A stretch of 64,000 nt of DNA from Torpedo marmorata (GCA_977017645.1 OZ360226.1:101060001-101124000); one strand, 5' to 3'; counted from the first letter of the stretch, positions 28,270 through 45,407 are shown. Numbers and translations: made by a program. The notes: generated by a model from the letters alone, not told the origin.

Positions 28270-29752
28270 AGATCTAATTCCAATTTCCGGCCTTTTCCCC
28301 ATGTCCCTTGATACCCTGACCAATCAGATACCTATCAATCTCCTCCTTAAAATCCCCCAAAGATCGGGCCTCCACAGCTGTATGTGGCAATGAATTCCAC
28401 AAATGCACGACCCTCTGGCTAAAGAAATTCCTCCTCATCTCTGTACTAAATGGGTACACTCTAATTCTAAGACAGTGCCCTCTTGTCCTGGATTCACCCA
28501 CCAAGGGAAACATCTTATTTCCATCTACTCTGTCCAATCATTTCAGTATTCGAAATGTTTCTATGAGATACCCTCTCATTCTTCTATACTCCAAAGAATA
28601 CAGTCCAAGAGCTGCTAAACATTCCTCATATGTTAGCCCTTGCATTCCAGGAATCATCCTGGTAAATCTTCTCTGTACTCTCTCCAACATTATTACATCC
28701 CTTCTAAGATAAGGGGCCCAAAACTGCACACAGTACTCCAAATGAGGTCTCACCAGTGCCCCATAGAACCTCATCAACACCTCTTTACTCTTATACATTA
28801 TTCCTCTTAAAATGAATGCCAACATAGCATTTGCTTTCTTTACGGCCGATCCAACCTGGTGGTTAACCATTAGGTTATCCTGCACGAGGACTCCCAAGTC
28901 CCTTTGCACTTCCGAATTTTGAATTTTCTCCCCATCCAAATAATAATCTGCCTGTTTATTTCCTCTTCCAAAATGTACAACCGTGCATTTTTCAACATTA
29001 TATCTCATCTGCCATTTCTTTGCCCACTCTCCTAAGCTGTCCAGGTCTCTCTGCAACCTTTCAATTTCTTCAACACTTTCTACTCCACCACCTATCTTGG
29101 TGTCATCTGCAAACTTAGCCACAAAACCATTGAATCTGTAATCTAAATCATCTATATACATTGTAAAAAGAAGCGGCCCTAACACCAACCCTTGCGGAAC
29201 ACCACTAGTAACCGGCAACCAAACAGAACAGGATCCCTTTATTCCCACCCTTTGCTTCCTGCCTATCAGCCAGTGCTCCACCCAATCTAATGTCTTTCCT
29301 GTAATTCCATGAGCTCTCATCTTATTAAGCAGCCTCTTATGAGGCACCTTATCAAAGGCCTTTTGAAAATCCAAATATACAACATCCACAGCCTCTCCCT
29401 TGTCCATCCTACCTAAGATTTCCTCAAAAAATTCCAATAGGTTGGTCAGGCAGGATCTTCCCTTCATGAAACCATGCTGTCTTGGACCAATCATGTCATT
29501 CACCTCGAGATATTTCATAACCTCGTCCTTGAGGATCGACTCCAAAATCTTACCAACTACTGATGTCAGACTAATAGGCCTATAATTTCCTTTATTCTGC
29601 CTCCCTCCTTTCTTAAACAGTGGAACTACATTTGCGACCTTCCAATCCTCCGGAATCATGCCGGAGTCTCTTGATTTCTGAAAAATCATTTCCAATGCCT
29701 CTACACTCTCCAAAGCCACCTCCTTCAGAACCCGTGGGTGCACCTCATCCGG
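28270..29752 (-). mobile_element. CR1 LINE fragment with long RT ORF
   Basis: ORF 28538-29743 NYRPISLTSVVGK..QHGF..FQKAFDKV..KFADDTK. Confidence 0.95.
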
Positions 29753-29944
29753 TGCTTTCCAAGCACTATCTCCCTTGTAATCCTAACTGTACTTAATTTG
29801 TGCTTGATCTTTGAAAGGCCATTCAACCTTAATCACCTTCCCTCTTTAGGTACTTTGTTTCTCTGTGAATGAGAGGATTACATCATAGAGTTTAATTTTT
29901 TGCTTTTAGAGTCCCATGGTTGCATACTATTTTTTAGTACCTAT

Positions 29945-30410
29945 ATAAGACCTAGGAACAGAAATAGGCTCTTCTGCCCATCGAGTCTGCCCCGCCATTT
30001 AATCATGAGCTGATCCATTTTCCCACTCAGATCCACTGCCCGGCCTTCTCCCCATAACCTTTGATGCCCTGGCTAATCAAGAGCCTGTCAATCTCTGCGT
30101 TAAATACACCCAATGACCTGGCTTCCACAACCGCCTACGGCAACAAATTCCACAGATTTACCACTCTGGCTGAAGAAATTTCTCCACATCTCTGTTCTAA
30201 ATGGACACCCTTCAATCCTGAAGTTGTGTCCTCTTGAACTAGACTCTCCCACCATGGGAAACAACCTTTCTACATCTACTTTGTCCATGCCTTTCAACAT
30301 TCGAAATGTTTCAATGAGATCTCCCTCTCATTCTCAGAAATTACAATGAGTACAGGTCAAGAGCTGTCAAACGCTCCTCATCTGTTGACCCTTTCATTCC
30401 TGGAATCCTG
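29945..30410 (-). mobile_element. CR1 3' fragment
   Basis: MLKGMDKVDVERLFPMVGESSSRGH plus 3' tail. Confidence 0.85.
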
Positions 30411-30599
30411 TTCTCGTTCTGCACCATTTTGCCGAATAGCTGATGGAATCACTGTGTGATGGATGACAATGAGTTAAAGTTCTGCTCAACAATGATGTTG
30501 AGTGTGGTTTTAATTCATGATAAGTCATGTTGTTAATGTCAGAGCTGTGGGTAGTGGCTGAATTCAATGTTTTTTCTTTATAATGTGTCTGTAAATGTA

Positions 30600-33511
<2,912 letters not shown>

Positions 33512-34029
33512 TAGTGGCATTAGGTTTATAATGCTTTGGCAAGTAGTATGAGGCCAATCTAAATACATATGATACAGGAGGCCATTGGGTTTAAAAGAGG
33601 AATCCTATTACTCCCATCCATCGTTACTTTGCTCTCGCATTTGAACTTAATCTGCCTCATGTTTCCAAAAATCCCTGAGTCTTTTGCCACTTACCTACAC
33701 TGAGGGGTAATTTTTAAGAGCAATTAAATCTACCTACATATGTTTGGAATGTGGGAGGAAACCTGATGGTCAAGGGGACGATGTGCATACTATACTAAGC
33801 TCAGGATAGAACCTAGCGCTCTGAAGCTGTGAGGCAATAGTACTAAATGACGTGTCACTCTGCCACCCTTCACTGTGTGGTTAATTCCTCCAGGGTGTCT
33901 TTATTAGATTCAAGTCCATTAGAGCTTCTGATTGCAATAGACTTTATTTTCAAATAAAAAAAGTAAAACTAAATGTTTATGTACATTCTTAATGTAAAGG
34001 CTTAATGAATTGCTTATTTCGAACATAGA

Positions 34030-34255
34030 GCAGACAAAATTGCTGGAGGAACTCAGCAAGTCAGACGCTATCCTTGGGTAGAAATGGTCAGTCAACGTTT
34101 TGGGTCTTAACCCTTTATCAAGACTAATTTGGGTATGAACCCTTTATTACGGCTCTTTTACATTGACCATTTCTACTCATGAATGCTGTCTGACCTGAGT
34201 TCCTCCAGCAATTCTTTGCTCAAGATCCCAGCATCTGCAGTTTTTGTGTTTCTCA
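34030..34255. mobile_element. Old inverted pLTR pair (Penelope-derived foldback)
   Basis: TTGCTGGAGGAACTCAG at left and CTGAGTTCCTCCAGCAA at right. Confidence 0.65.
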
Positions 34256-34283
34256 TTTTGAATAAAGTTTGTTGTAAAGATAG

Positions 34284-34766
34284 TGTAGCGACTACTATCC
34301 ACATAAGCCGCTTGTTAGGCTGGGTGAGGCTCTTTATTCGTGACACGTTTTCAATTATTTCCAATACAAGTTCAGTTGTATTTAAATCCTTTATTTTAAC
34401 ACACAAAACTTGTAACCATCTTCTTTAACGTTCCATGAAATGTATATAAATAACTTTCTATGATAACGATCCGTAATAACAAACATCTGTGTAAACGATA
34501 AACGTTCCGTAAACGTAAACAGTCAACAAAAAATGTGAGCTTCACTCACCCTTACTTACATACACCGCCATGTTGTTCGGTGCGCTCTAACCATACTGAA
34601 TTCACGCCCTTAACTATCGCGCATGCACCAGCCGGCACTCCGTACGCCAACCTACCGCGCATTCACACAGCCGGCACTCGCTCATGCGCACAAAAATAAA
34701 GATCGCCCAGCCAACGGACCCCGTGGCGCCGTCTAACAAGCAAGGACGCACATTTTGGCTCTTACA
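34284..34766 (-). mobile_element. Solo LTR, 483 bp
   Basis: Termini TGTA...TACA; perfect 5-bp TSD GATAG at 34279-34283 and 34767-34771; AATAAA on the minus strand near 34332. Confidence 0.85.
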
Positions 34767-34795
34767 GATAGTGAGGCATGGTATTGAATGAAGTA

Positions 34796-35421
34796 CAGGT
34801 ACTCCCCGACTTACGACCGTAATTGGGACCGAAGGTTCGGTCGTATCTCGAAATGGACGTAAGTCGGAATTTTGCCCGCGCACGTGGAGTACCAGTCTTA
34901 AAGCAACCTTTTTAATCAAATCTTTTTTTCATCATAGTTTTGATGATAACAACTTAAAGCTTCCTGAACTTGGCGAATCTTTCCACATTCTGGTCCATGC
35001 TTACCTTGTTAGTCGGGGTCCGTAGGCTGGGTGCGGCCATCTTGATTCCTGTGCGCATGCGCGATGGGTTCGCGTATTGGAGTTTGGTTGGCGCATGCGC
35101 GAGAGTTAAGCGCCCTAACGATATTGAATTTGCGCCCTTAACTCTCGCGCATATGCTAACCGAAGTCCGATACGCGAACCCACCGCGCATGCGCCACCGA
35201 AGACCCGTGCATGCGCACAGGAATCAAGATGGCCGCGCCAAGCCTACGGACCCGGGACGCCGACTAACAAGGTAAGTACGCACATTTTGGCTCTTACATG
35301 CCCTGTATCCCTGTTATAGTTTGTCAAATACAACATAATCCGTGTAAATTTTATTTTTTCTTTATTTTTAAAAAAATCTTTCGGTCATATGTGCGGATGG
35401 ACGTAAGTCGGGGAGAACCTG
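34796..35421. mobile_element. Tigger/mariner-type MITE with palindromic CpG-rich core
   Basis: TIR CAGGT(A/T)CTCCCCGACTTACG(A/T)CCG; TA TSD both sides. Confidence 0.9.
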
Positions 35422-36071
35422 TATTAAAACTAAGTATGTAAAGGATGGAGTGTTGTAAACATTAATTTTCGCATCTCTTCAACTTTCTATACCATTCAAG
35501 TGAAAAGTAATTTCTTTAATATTAAACATAGAAGAGACTAAAATCCCTGCCATGCTATTCTGTTATTTTACCCACAAGACATCTCTGATTACTACTAGTA
35601 GCAGTTCACAGCATATGACCTCCAACGCTTACTGCATCAATGGGTTATCCACTTTTTCCTTCATAGAGCAATAATTTCTGCCTCTTCTTGCTTCTTTTGT
35701 CCTTCTACAGTTATGCACATAAGAGATGTGTTTTCCTGATCTCTGACCTCATTGATGTTTAAAAAAAACGTGGCTTCTGGTTCTTGACATGCCAAACGTG
35801 TGAAGTAGTTTTTAAAATTGAGAAACGAGCAGGTAATGAATCAAGGTAGGGAAGAAGAGAACATGTATCGGCAAACAGCAGTACTTTAATGCCAAGTTAA
35901 GTCGAGTGAGAGCTTGGTGTTAAGTTGGGTGTAAAGGTAATGAGGCATGAAATTGAGTGAAATATTAAAATTAGGTGTGTAAAGGAGATGAAGCAATTTT
36001 GATGTGTCACAAAAGAATGAAACACAATAGACTTAATTTCAACTGAGTGAAGACCCAGGAAGGATTGTATA

Positions 36072-36942
36072 CTGTATATGCCGGTGTATAGCACGATCTT
36101 TGAAACTTAAAAATGTCGCATCAAAATCAGGGTCGTCTTATACGTTGGGTCTAAAATCCGAACCTTGCCAGCGAAGTCTCAACACTACTTCCATATACTA
36201 TCTCCATCCCACCATTTCCGACTCAAGTGTCCCGGTCAGGCCCTAGGAGCACTCTACCACCTTCCTCACGCTGACAACCCGACTCACCTCCACGCCAGTG
36301 TCCCAGTCAGGCCCATGACACAACCTGACACACCTCCACGAAAGTGTCCCGGTCAGGCCCTCGGCGCAACCCGACTCACCTCCACGAAAGTGTCCCGGTC
36401 AGGCCCTCGGCGCAACCCGACTCACCTCCACGCAAGTGTTCCGGTCAGGCTCTCGGCGCACCTTCCTCGCACTGACGACCTAACTCACCTCCATTCCAGT
36501 GTCTCGGTGAGGCCCTCGGCGCAACCCGACTCACCTTCACGCAAGTGTCCCGGTCAGGCCCTCGGCGCACCTTCCTCGCGCTGACAACCCGACTCACCAC
36601 GCAAATGGTGAAAAGAATGCTCATGCATTGGTGGGCATTGCTTGTTCAGCGGGTCAAACCTTTATGTCCAACGAAGTCTCAGCACTCCCCAACGGGGTCC
36701 ATCCGCCCAGTCCGACTGCTGTCGACGCTGCACAGGCTTTAAACGGCCTGTTACAGGAGCTGACAGTGATTTATTTTAAAACATGCTAATAAAATTAAAA
36801 CCTTTACAGGGTAATTTGGTATTAAAATATTGTGACAGTAGTAAGTGCCAGACTTGGAGTCGTCCTATTACAAAGGTTATAGCTCAAAACCTACATTTTA
36901 GGTGGAAAATCTGGAGGTCGTCCTGTTCACTGGCATATACGG
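36072..36942. mobile_element. pogo/Tc2-type MITE containing an approximately 46-bp tandem repeat (about 36220-36600)
   Basis: TIR C(C/T)GTATATGCC(G/A)GTG, TA TSD; unit CAACCCGACTCACCTCCACGCAAGTGTCCCGGTCAGGCCCTCGGCG. Confidence 0.8.
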
Positions 36943-37704
36943 TACTTGAATGCAAGTGATAAGGAGTTGGAGATTTGATAAAGCTGAGAAAGATTTCAGT
37001 GAGAGGAAGTAACAGAGAAGTGGGGATAAAAAGATTTAAAGTGAAAAGGTGAAAAATCATCAAATGACAAATTAATTGTTTAGTTCTCTGATTCAGCAGA
37101 GTTGTGTAATTGGAGCCGCCTCAGATGTGGGAGCATATTCATTATAGTGGGGTGAATCTTTAAGGCCAAGGAAAACTAAGCTCAGACTCAGCTCTACAAA
37201 TGAAGGAAATGCATCAGATTAAATGGAGTTACAAAATACAATAACACTTTAACACAAATAGTTGTAAGAGGACATCGCTCAAGTACTTGAAATTAGTTTT
37301 GGAAAGTTATTTGTATTCTTTAACAGAATGTTGACGTGCAAGTTAGTGTCATGGATCAGTTGTCTTGTACAGCTTGTGCTGGAACTACAGCCTTTAGATA
37401 ACAGAATAAATGTTGAAATCGACTTCTCCAAACAGCTTTTCCAGATGTTATTTTTTGACCTCGCTGAATTGAGCTGCACTTCAAATTCAAAGGATAATCT
37501 GATTTTTATCTGATGTTATTTCCTCATTGCTCAGTTTCCAATCAGGAGTCCTGTTCGATAATGGTTTTTAATTTGTTAGCGTGCACTCGTGCTTCAAGTG
37601 CATGTTTAAACAGGGATTTGAACAAAAGCTTTTCAGAATAAAGCTAATTTATTTCACATGCAGCTGTAAATGTTTCTCAAAAGGTCATCACGAGCTATAT
37701 CATT

Positions 37705-37848
37705 CAACTCATTGCATGTGCAACTCATTGCATGTGCAACTCATTGCATGTGCAACTCATTGCATGTGCAACTCATTGCATGTGCAACTCATTGCATGTG
37801 CAACTCATTGCATGTGCAACTCATTGCATGTGCAACTCATTGCATGTG
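37705..37848 (+). repeat. Perfect minisatellite (CAACTCATTGCATGTG)x9
   Basis: Nine identical 16-bp units read directly. Confidence 0.98.
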
Positions 37849-38198
37849 CAGCTCTTTCACAACTATCCAGTAGGTTTACTCCATGCTGTTCCCTGCTCCC
37901 CTGCAAATTTCTCCTTTTTGAATCCACTATATTTCCAACTTCCTTTTGAAACTTTTTATTGAATCATCCATGTGCTTTTTACTCCAATGACTCTTTAACA
38001 CTTCCCCTATAGGAAAGCGCTAGTCAACAATCCAAGGAAGGGAAGTATTGCCTTCTAACAATGTGTCAATCCATCACAAATCTGCTACTGAATAAAGTGA
38101 AGAACAGACAACTATTCAATAATTAAAACATTTCATGAGAAATTTCTAAACGTAAGCCAATAACTAATTTGCCTTAGAGTTATCTGCAGCCGCCTTAA

Positions 38199-38303
<105 letters not shown>

Positions 38304-39005
38304 TGAGAGCACCAATTATTTTCTCTCCAGTGAGATAATTCTGATTACAGGTAATAGGAAATGCAAGATGTTTTCAGTGGAGTAATTTAGTGACCAATTT
38401 AATATTGAAATTAATCTTCCATGTTGCCTTTTGGTGAACATGTTAAAGTATATGGTTCAACCAGTCTTCAGAATGCAGTTACATTTTTTTTTAATGTACT
38501 TTAATGTTTTGATTGAAAATTAACTGAAGTTCTTAAATGAAGTTTTGAGTGGAGTTTTACTTCTGGTTCAAATCCCAAAATTTTACATTGAATAAAATAT
38601 GTTATGTAGAAATAGATGCAAAAAATATCAGCATGTGAAAAACGTAGGTCATATCACATAAGTAGTCAGAACATGATTTAACCTGGGCTTAATAAAAAAA
38701 AAAATTGTTTGATCAAAGAACAGCTCATGGTGGGGAATATTAGCTGGGGTTATGGCACCATTATTAAGTTTTTGGACCAGCAATATTAGAATATTGATCT
38801 GTACTATTGATTTCCACTTTGGCAGCCAAGGAAATATTCATGTTTTTAAATCTGCAATAGAAAGGTTGTGGGCAATAGTGAAACTACTGGTTGTCATTTT
38901 AAAAACTCATCTGATTCACAAAACATTTCATTCTTGGGCACATTGGAATAAGTAATAAATGCTGACTTAACCAGTTACATATCGAGTTAAAAATTTGATT
39001 TTTAA

Positions 39006-40926
<1,921 letters not shown>

Positions 40927-41759
40927 AACCCCAAAACAAAACATTGTAATATGGAGTAAATTAAGTTATCAGTTACATAATTACTAAATTGTGTGTTGGT
41001 TTGTCAGCTGACCACAATTGACATCTGCTTTTCTATTCCCAATATGAATCTGTTAAAATAAAAGCTGTCCACAAGAAGAATTTCTATCTTATCCATTTGA
41101 TACCCATTAATGTTTAATATTAATTTAATGTTTTACAAGAATAGTTTTATTTTCAGGTGTTATTTTGGATGAATTGATCCCTTCGTTTAAATGGGATGTG
41201 TACTTGGGATGAAACCAAATGCTTTGAGTATAGGCATTTCAGTAATGTTTATGGATGCAGATAACAGATTTTAGTTCAGCTATTGGATCTGCTCTTATTT
41301 AATTACATATTTCAAATCAAAATAGTAACTTAATTTGAGGTTGTTTATTCATAATTCTTTAAGGTACAGTACTTTGCTGACTACTACATCACTACTCGTA
41401 AATCCAATGGAGCAAGAACAAAGTTTTAACCTCTGGTTGACCTTGTAAATCATTGAGTCAATTGTGACCTGAAGCCTCAACACCAATATTATTTTACTCT
41501 TACCCTTTGCTTAAAAGCAATTGAATTTTCTTGTAATTCTCTAGCCCCCCACCATCTCATCTTCACCATAAATGTGCAATCCCTCTTTACATCTAATTCC
41601 CATCAGGAAGGCCTCAGGGCCATTTTTCTGAAGGCCTATTTGTCCTCTACTAATACTCTCCTCCGCTTGGCAGAACTTGTTCTTATCCACCACATCTCCT
41701 GCCTTTGCCACCCCCCTTCCCCCTTCACTCTTTTGTTCGGACCCCTACCGGCATTTTCT

Positions 41760-41800
41760 CATACTTTGATGAAGGGCTCAAGCCTGAAACGTCGGTTATG
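41760..41800 (+). ncRNA. Minimal type I hammerhead-ribozyme-like motif in Penelope pLTR (representative copy)
   Basis: CATACT-TTGATGA-A-GGGC-TCAA-GCC(C/T)-GAAA-CGTC-GGTTATG; recurs in most pLTR copies. Confidence 0.6.
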
Positions 41801-42419
41801 TATTTCTACCTTTGCTACATAAAAGACACTGTTTGACCTGCTGAGTTTCTCCAGCATTTGTGTTTTTTACTTCAACCACGGTGTCTACAGATTTTCGTGT
41901 TTTACTTCTGAATACTACAACAACTCTGAAAACTCTTTGAGGGATGCCTACCCTGAAGAAGTTCGCCTTTGCTCTCCGAAGGGAGTTCTGTGGGATTCTC
42001 TCTCACTGCTCCCCATCTGCAACCCCTGCTGCTCTCAAGCTCTACGACCATGTACTCACCCAGACTCGATTCCACAGCCACGTCGCCATCTTGTGCCTCG
42101 TGGTTTCCAGCTTCGATTCCAGGCCTCGCAGTTTGGCCCCCGCAAGGATCTCAGGTACCTCCACAACATCGACTGCTGCTCTCTCCGCTTCTCCCAAAGA
42201 CTCCTCCGCACCACCCTCACCTCGATGCGGAGATACCAGCGGCAACTCGCCCTCTCCCTGCCACAGCTCCGGACCTCGCTGGCCATGGCCTGCAGCGGAC
42301 CCCTCCTGTACTACATCCGCCGCCGGATCCACACCTACCTGGCGTCCATCAAGAACCGTAAGCTTGCCTCCCTCGAGACTGCAACCTTTGCGACCCTCCA
42401 CGTGGATTCCCACCTCGGT

Positions 42420-42830
42420 CCCGGCCGCCTGCCCTCCGGAGCTCCCAACGCTGCGTCCGCCGACCCGATCCCTGGTCCCGGCCGCCCACCCACCGGAGCT
42501 CCCAACGCCGCAGCCGCCGACCCCAGCCGCCACTCACCGGAGCTCCCAACGCCGCAGCTGCCGACCCGATCCCTGGTCCCGGCCGCCGACTTACCGGAGC
42601 TTCCAACGCCGCAGCCGCCGACCCGACCCTGGACCCCGGCCGCCGCCGACCGGACCCTGGACCTCGGCCGCCGACTCACTGGAGCTCCCAACGCCGCAGC
42701 CGCCGACTTGATCCCTGGTCCCGGCCGCCGATTCACCGGAGCTCCCATCGCGACAGCCGCCGACCCAACCCTGGACCCCGGCCGCCGACTCACCGGAGCT
42801 CCCAACGCCGCAGCCGCCCGCTCCGCCCCG
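42420..42830 (+). repeat. GC-rich tandem repeat (about 57-bp unit, 7 GGAGCTYCCA cores) inside the Penelope N-terminal ORF
   Basis: Cores at 42438, 42495, 42539, 42596, 42681, 42738, 42795. Confidence 0.9.
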
Positions 42831-43439
42831 GGCGCCGACACGACGGTACTCCCGACGCTATGGCCTCCAACCCCAGCCCGGACCCCGAGCCTCTACTCAC
42901 CAGAGTTCCCGATGCCTCCACCGCCGACTCCGACACAGACTGTTACCTGCTGGAGCCTCTCACGCTGACTGCCACTGGAGTCCTCATCTCGCAACAAGAT
43001 CCCACTTACCTATCCTCCTCCTGCACCTCTCCCTACTCCACCCCCATCGCCCCCTCTCTGCCCCACTCTCCTCCCCTCAGACCTCATCCCTTCCCTTCCA
43101 TCCATCCCCCCCCCCCTCTCTCTGGCTACCCCCCTCTCCCACCCTCCAACCTCCCCCACCCCCCTCTGACCTCCCCAACCCTCCCCCTCCCCCCAACACC
43201 CTCCACAACACCGATCCCCACTCTAACCCCTGCTTGGTTTTTACTTTCCCCTCCGACCTTCCCCTCTCTGAGACGGATCGCTCCGTCCTCAGTAGAGGCC
43301 TCACCTTCGTCCCCCTCCGCCAACATCTCAACGAGTTCCGCGCACGCCATGATTCCGAACTCTTCTTTCGTCGCCTCCGTGCTCACTTCCATGACCGTGA
43401 CTCTCCACCCCCCCCACCCAAGACCCTTTCTCCCGCTTC

Positions 43440-45407
43440 ATGCCTTCTTCCTCTTCCAGGACACCTCGCCTTGGCCAGCTGCCCGCTCTGGACCTTTTTA
43501 TTTCCAACTGCCGCCGAGACATCAACCGTCTCAACTTCACCACCCCCCTCTCGTATTCCAACCTCACCTCCTCAGAACGCTCTGCCCTCCACTCTCTCCG
43601 CAACAATCCCAACCTCACCATCAAACCCGCAGACAAGGGCGGTGCGGTTGTGGTCTGGCGCACTGACCTCTACCTTGCCGAGGCCAGTCGACAACTCTCA
43701 GACACCTCCTCCTACCGACCCCTCCCACAGGACCCCACCACAGCATATCAAGCCACTGTCTCCAACACCATCTCCGACCTCATCACCTACGGTCACCTCC
43801 CCTCCACGGCCACCAACCTCATTCTCCCCCACCCCCGCACTGCCCGTTTCTACCTTCTACCCAAGATACACAAACCCAACCATCCGGGCAGACCCATTGT
43901 TTCTGCCTGCTCCTGCCCCACCGAACTAGTTTCATCTTACCTTGACTCCATCTTTTCTCCCCTGGTCCAATCCCTCCCCACCTACATCCGCGACACCTCA
44001 CATGCCCTCCATCTCTTCAATGACTTCAGATTCCCTGAACCGGACCGCATCATCTTCACCATGGATGTCCAATCCCTTTATACCTCTATCCCCCACACAG
44101 GTCTGAAAGCACTTCGCTTCTTCCTGGACCAAAGACCCGACCAATCACCCTCTACCACCACCCTCCTCCGCCTGGCAGAACTTGTCCTCACTCTCAATAA
44201 CTTCTCCTTCAACTCATCCCACTTCCTCCAAATCAAAGGAGTAGCCATAGGTACCCGCATGGGTCCCAGCTACGCCTGCCTGTTTGTGGGCTTTGTGGAG
44301 CAATCCATGCTGCAAGCCTACACAGGCAAGACCCCTCATCTCTTCCTCCGTTATATCGACGACTACATCGGGGCTGCCTCATGCACCCGCGATGAGCTTG
44401 TCAACTTCATCCACTTCGCATCCAACTTCCACCACGATCTCAAACTCACCTGGTCCATCTCCGATAACACTCTCCCCTTCCTGGATCTCTCTGTCTCCAT
44501 CTCAGGAGACAAACTTTCCACCAACATTTACTACAAACCCTCCAACTCCCACAACTATCTGGACTACACATCGTCACACCCTGTCCCCTGCAAGGACTCC
44601 ATCCCCTTCTCTCAATTTCTCCGCCTCCGCCGCATCTGTTCTCAAGATGAGGTGTTCCACTCCAGATCTTCTGAAATATCTGCCTTTTTCCACAAACGTG
44701 GCTTCCACTCCACCACCATCAACTCAGCCCTCACCCGCATCTCCTCCATTTCCCGCTCATCTGCCCTGGCCCCCTCTGCCCCCAGACGCAACAAACATAG
44801 AATCCCCCTCATCCTCACCTACCACCCCACCAGCCTCCGCATCCAACACATTATCCGCCGGAATTTCCGGCACTTACTACAGGATCCCACCACCAGACAC
44901 ATTTTTCCTTCTCTTCCCCTCTCAGCCTTCCGTAGGGACCGCTCCTTCCGCGATTCACTCGTGCACTCATCCCTCCCCACCCATCGCACCCCCGGCACCT
45001 TCCCCTGTGCCCGCAAGAGGTGCAACACTTGCGCCCACACCTCCCCCCTCACCACGGTCCAGGGCCCCAAACAGGCCTTCCAAGTGAAACTACACTTCAC
45101 TTGTACATCCAGAGAACTTATTTACTGCATCCGGTGCTCCCTTTGTGGCTTTCTCTACATTGGAGAGACCGGTCGTAGATTGGGAGACCGCTTTGCTGAG
45201 CACCTCCTCTCCGTCCGCAACAACAGCGACCTCCCAGTAGCCAACCATTTCAATTCCAGGTCACACTCCCACACTCACATGTCTGTCCGTGGCCTTATGT
45301 ACTATCCCACCCAGACTACCCGCAAATTGGAGGAACAACATCTCATTTTCCGTCTCGGCACTCTCCAGCCAGATGGCATTAACATTGACTTTTCTGCTTT
45401 CCACTAA
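43440..45407 (+). CDS. Penelope RT-GIY-YIG endonuclease ORF (uninterrupted 655-aa part; true start probably 41944 before frameshifts)
   Basis: IKPADKGGAVVVW, FYLLPKIHK, RPIVS, DVQSLYTSIP, GTRMGPSYA, YIDD, CARKRCNTC, LIYCIRCSLCGFLYIGET. Confidence 0.9.
   Translation: MPSSSSRTPRLGQLPALDLFISNCRRDINRLNFTTPLSYSNLTSSERSALHSLRNNPNLTIKPADKGGAVVVWRTDLYLAEASRQLSDTSSYRPLPQDPTTAYQATVSNTISDLITYGHLPSTATNLILPHPRTARFYLLPKIHKPNHPGRPIVSACSCPTELVSSYLDSIFSPLVQSLPTYIRDTSHALHLFNDFRFPEPDRIIFTMDVQSLYTSIPHTGLKALRFFLDQRPDQSPSTTTLLRLAELVLTLNNFSFNSSHFLQIKGVAIGTRMGPSYACLFVGFVEQSMLQAYTGKTPHLFLRYIDDYIGAASCTRDELVNFIHFASNFHHDLKLTWSISDNTLPFLDLSVSISGDKLSTNIYYKPSNSHNYLDYTSSHPVPCKDSIPFSQFLRLRRICSQDEVFHSRSSEISAFFHKRGFHSTTINSALTRISSISRSSALAPSAPRRNKHRIPLILTYHPTSLRIQHIIRRNFRHLLQDPTTRHIFPSLPLSAFRRDRSFRDSLVHSSLPTHRTPGTFPCARKRCNTCAHTSPLTTVQGPKQAFQVKLHFTCTSRELIYCIRCSLCGFLYIGETGRRLGDRFAEHLLSVRNNSDLPVANHFNSRSHSHTHMSVRGLMYYPTQTTRKLEEQHLIFRLGTLQPDGINIDFSAFH

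Noticed and set aside
36220-36600. Possible CRISPR-like array
   Set aside because: Tandem degenerate units without unique spacers, inside a eukaryotic MITE
37581-37962. Cys/His-rich repetitive ORFs (HCMCNSLHVQLIACAT)n resembling a metal-binding protein
   Set aside because: Translation artefact of the 16-bp minisatellite
44284-45087. Long alternative-frame Ser/Pro/Thr-rich ORF overlapping Penelope RT (also 19746-20543)
   Set aside because: Expected from extreme C-rich third-position bias; its presence in two near-identical copies is not independent evidence
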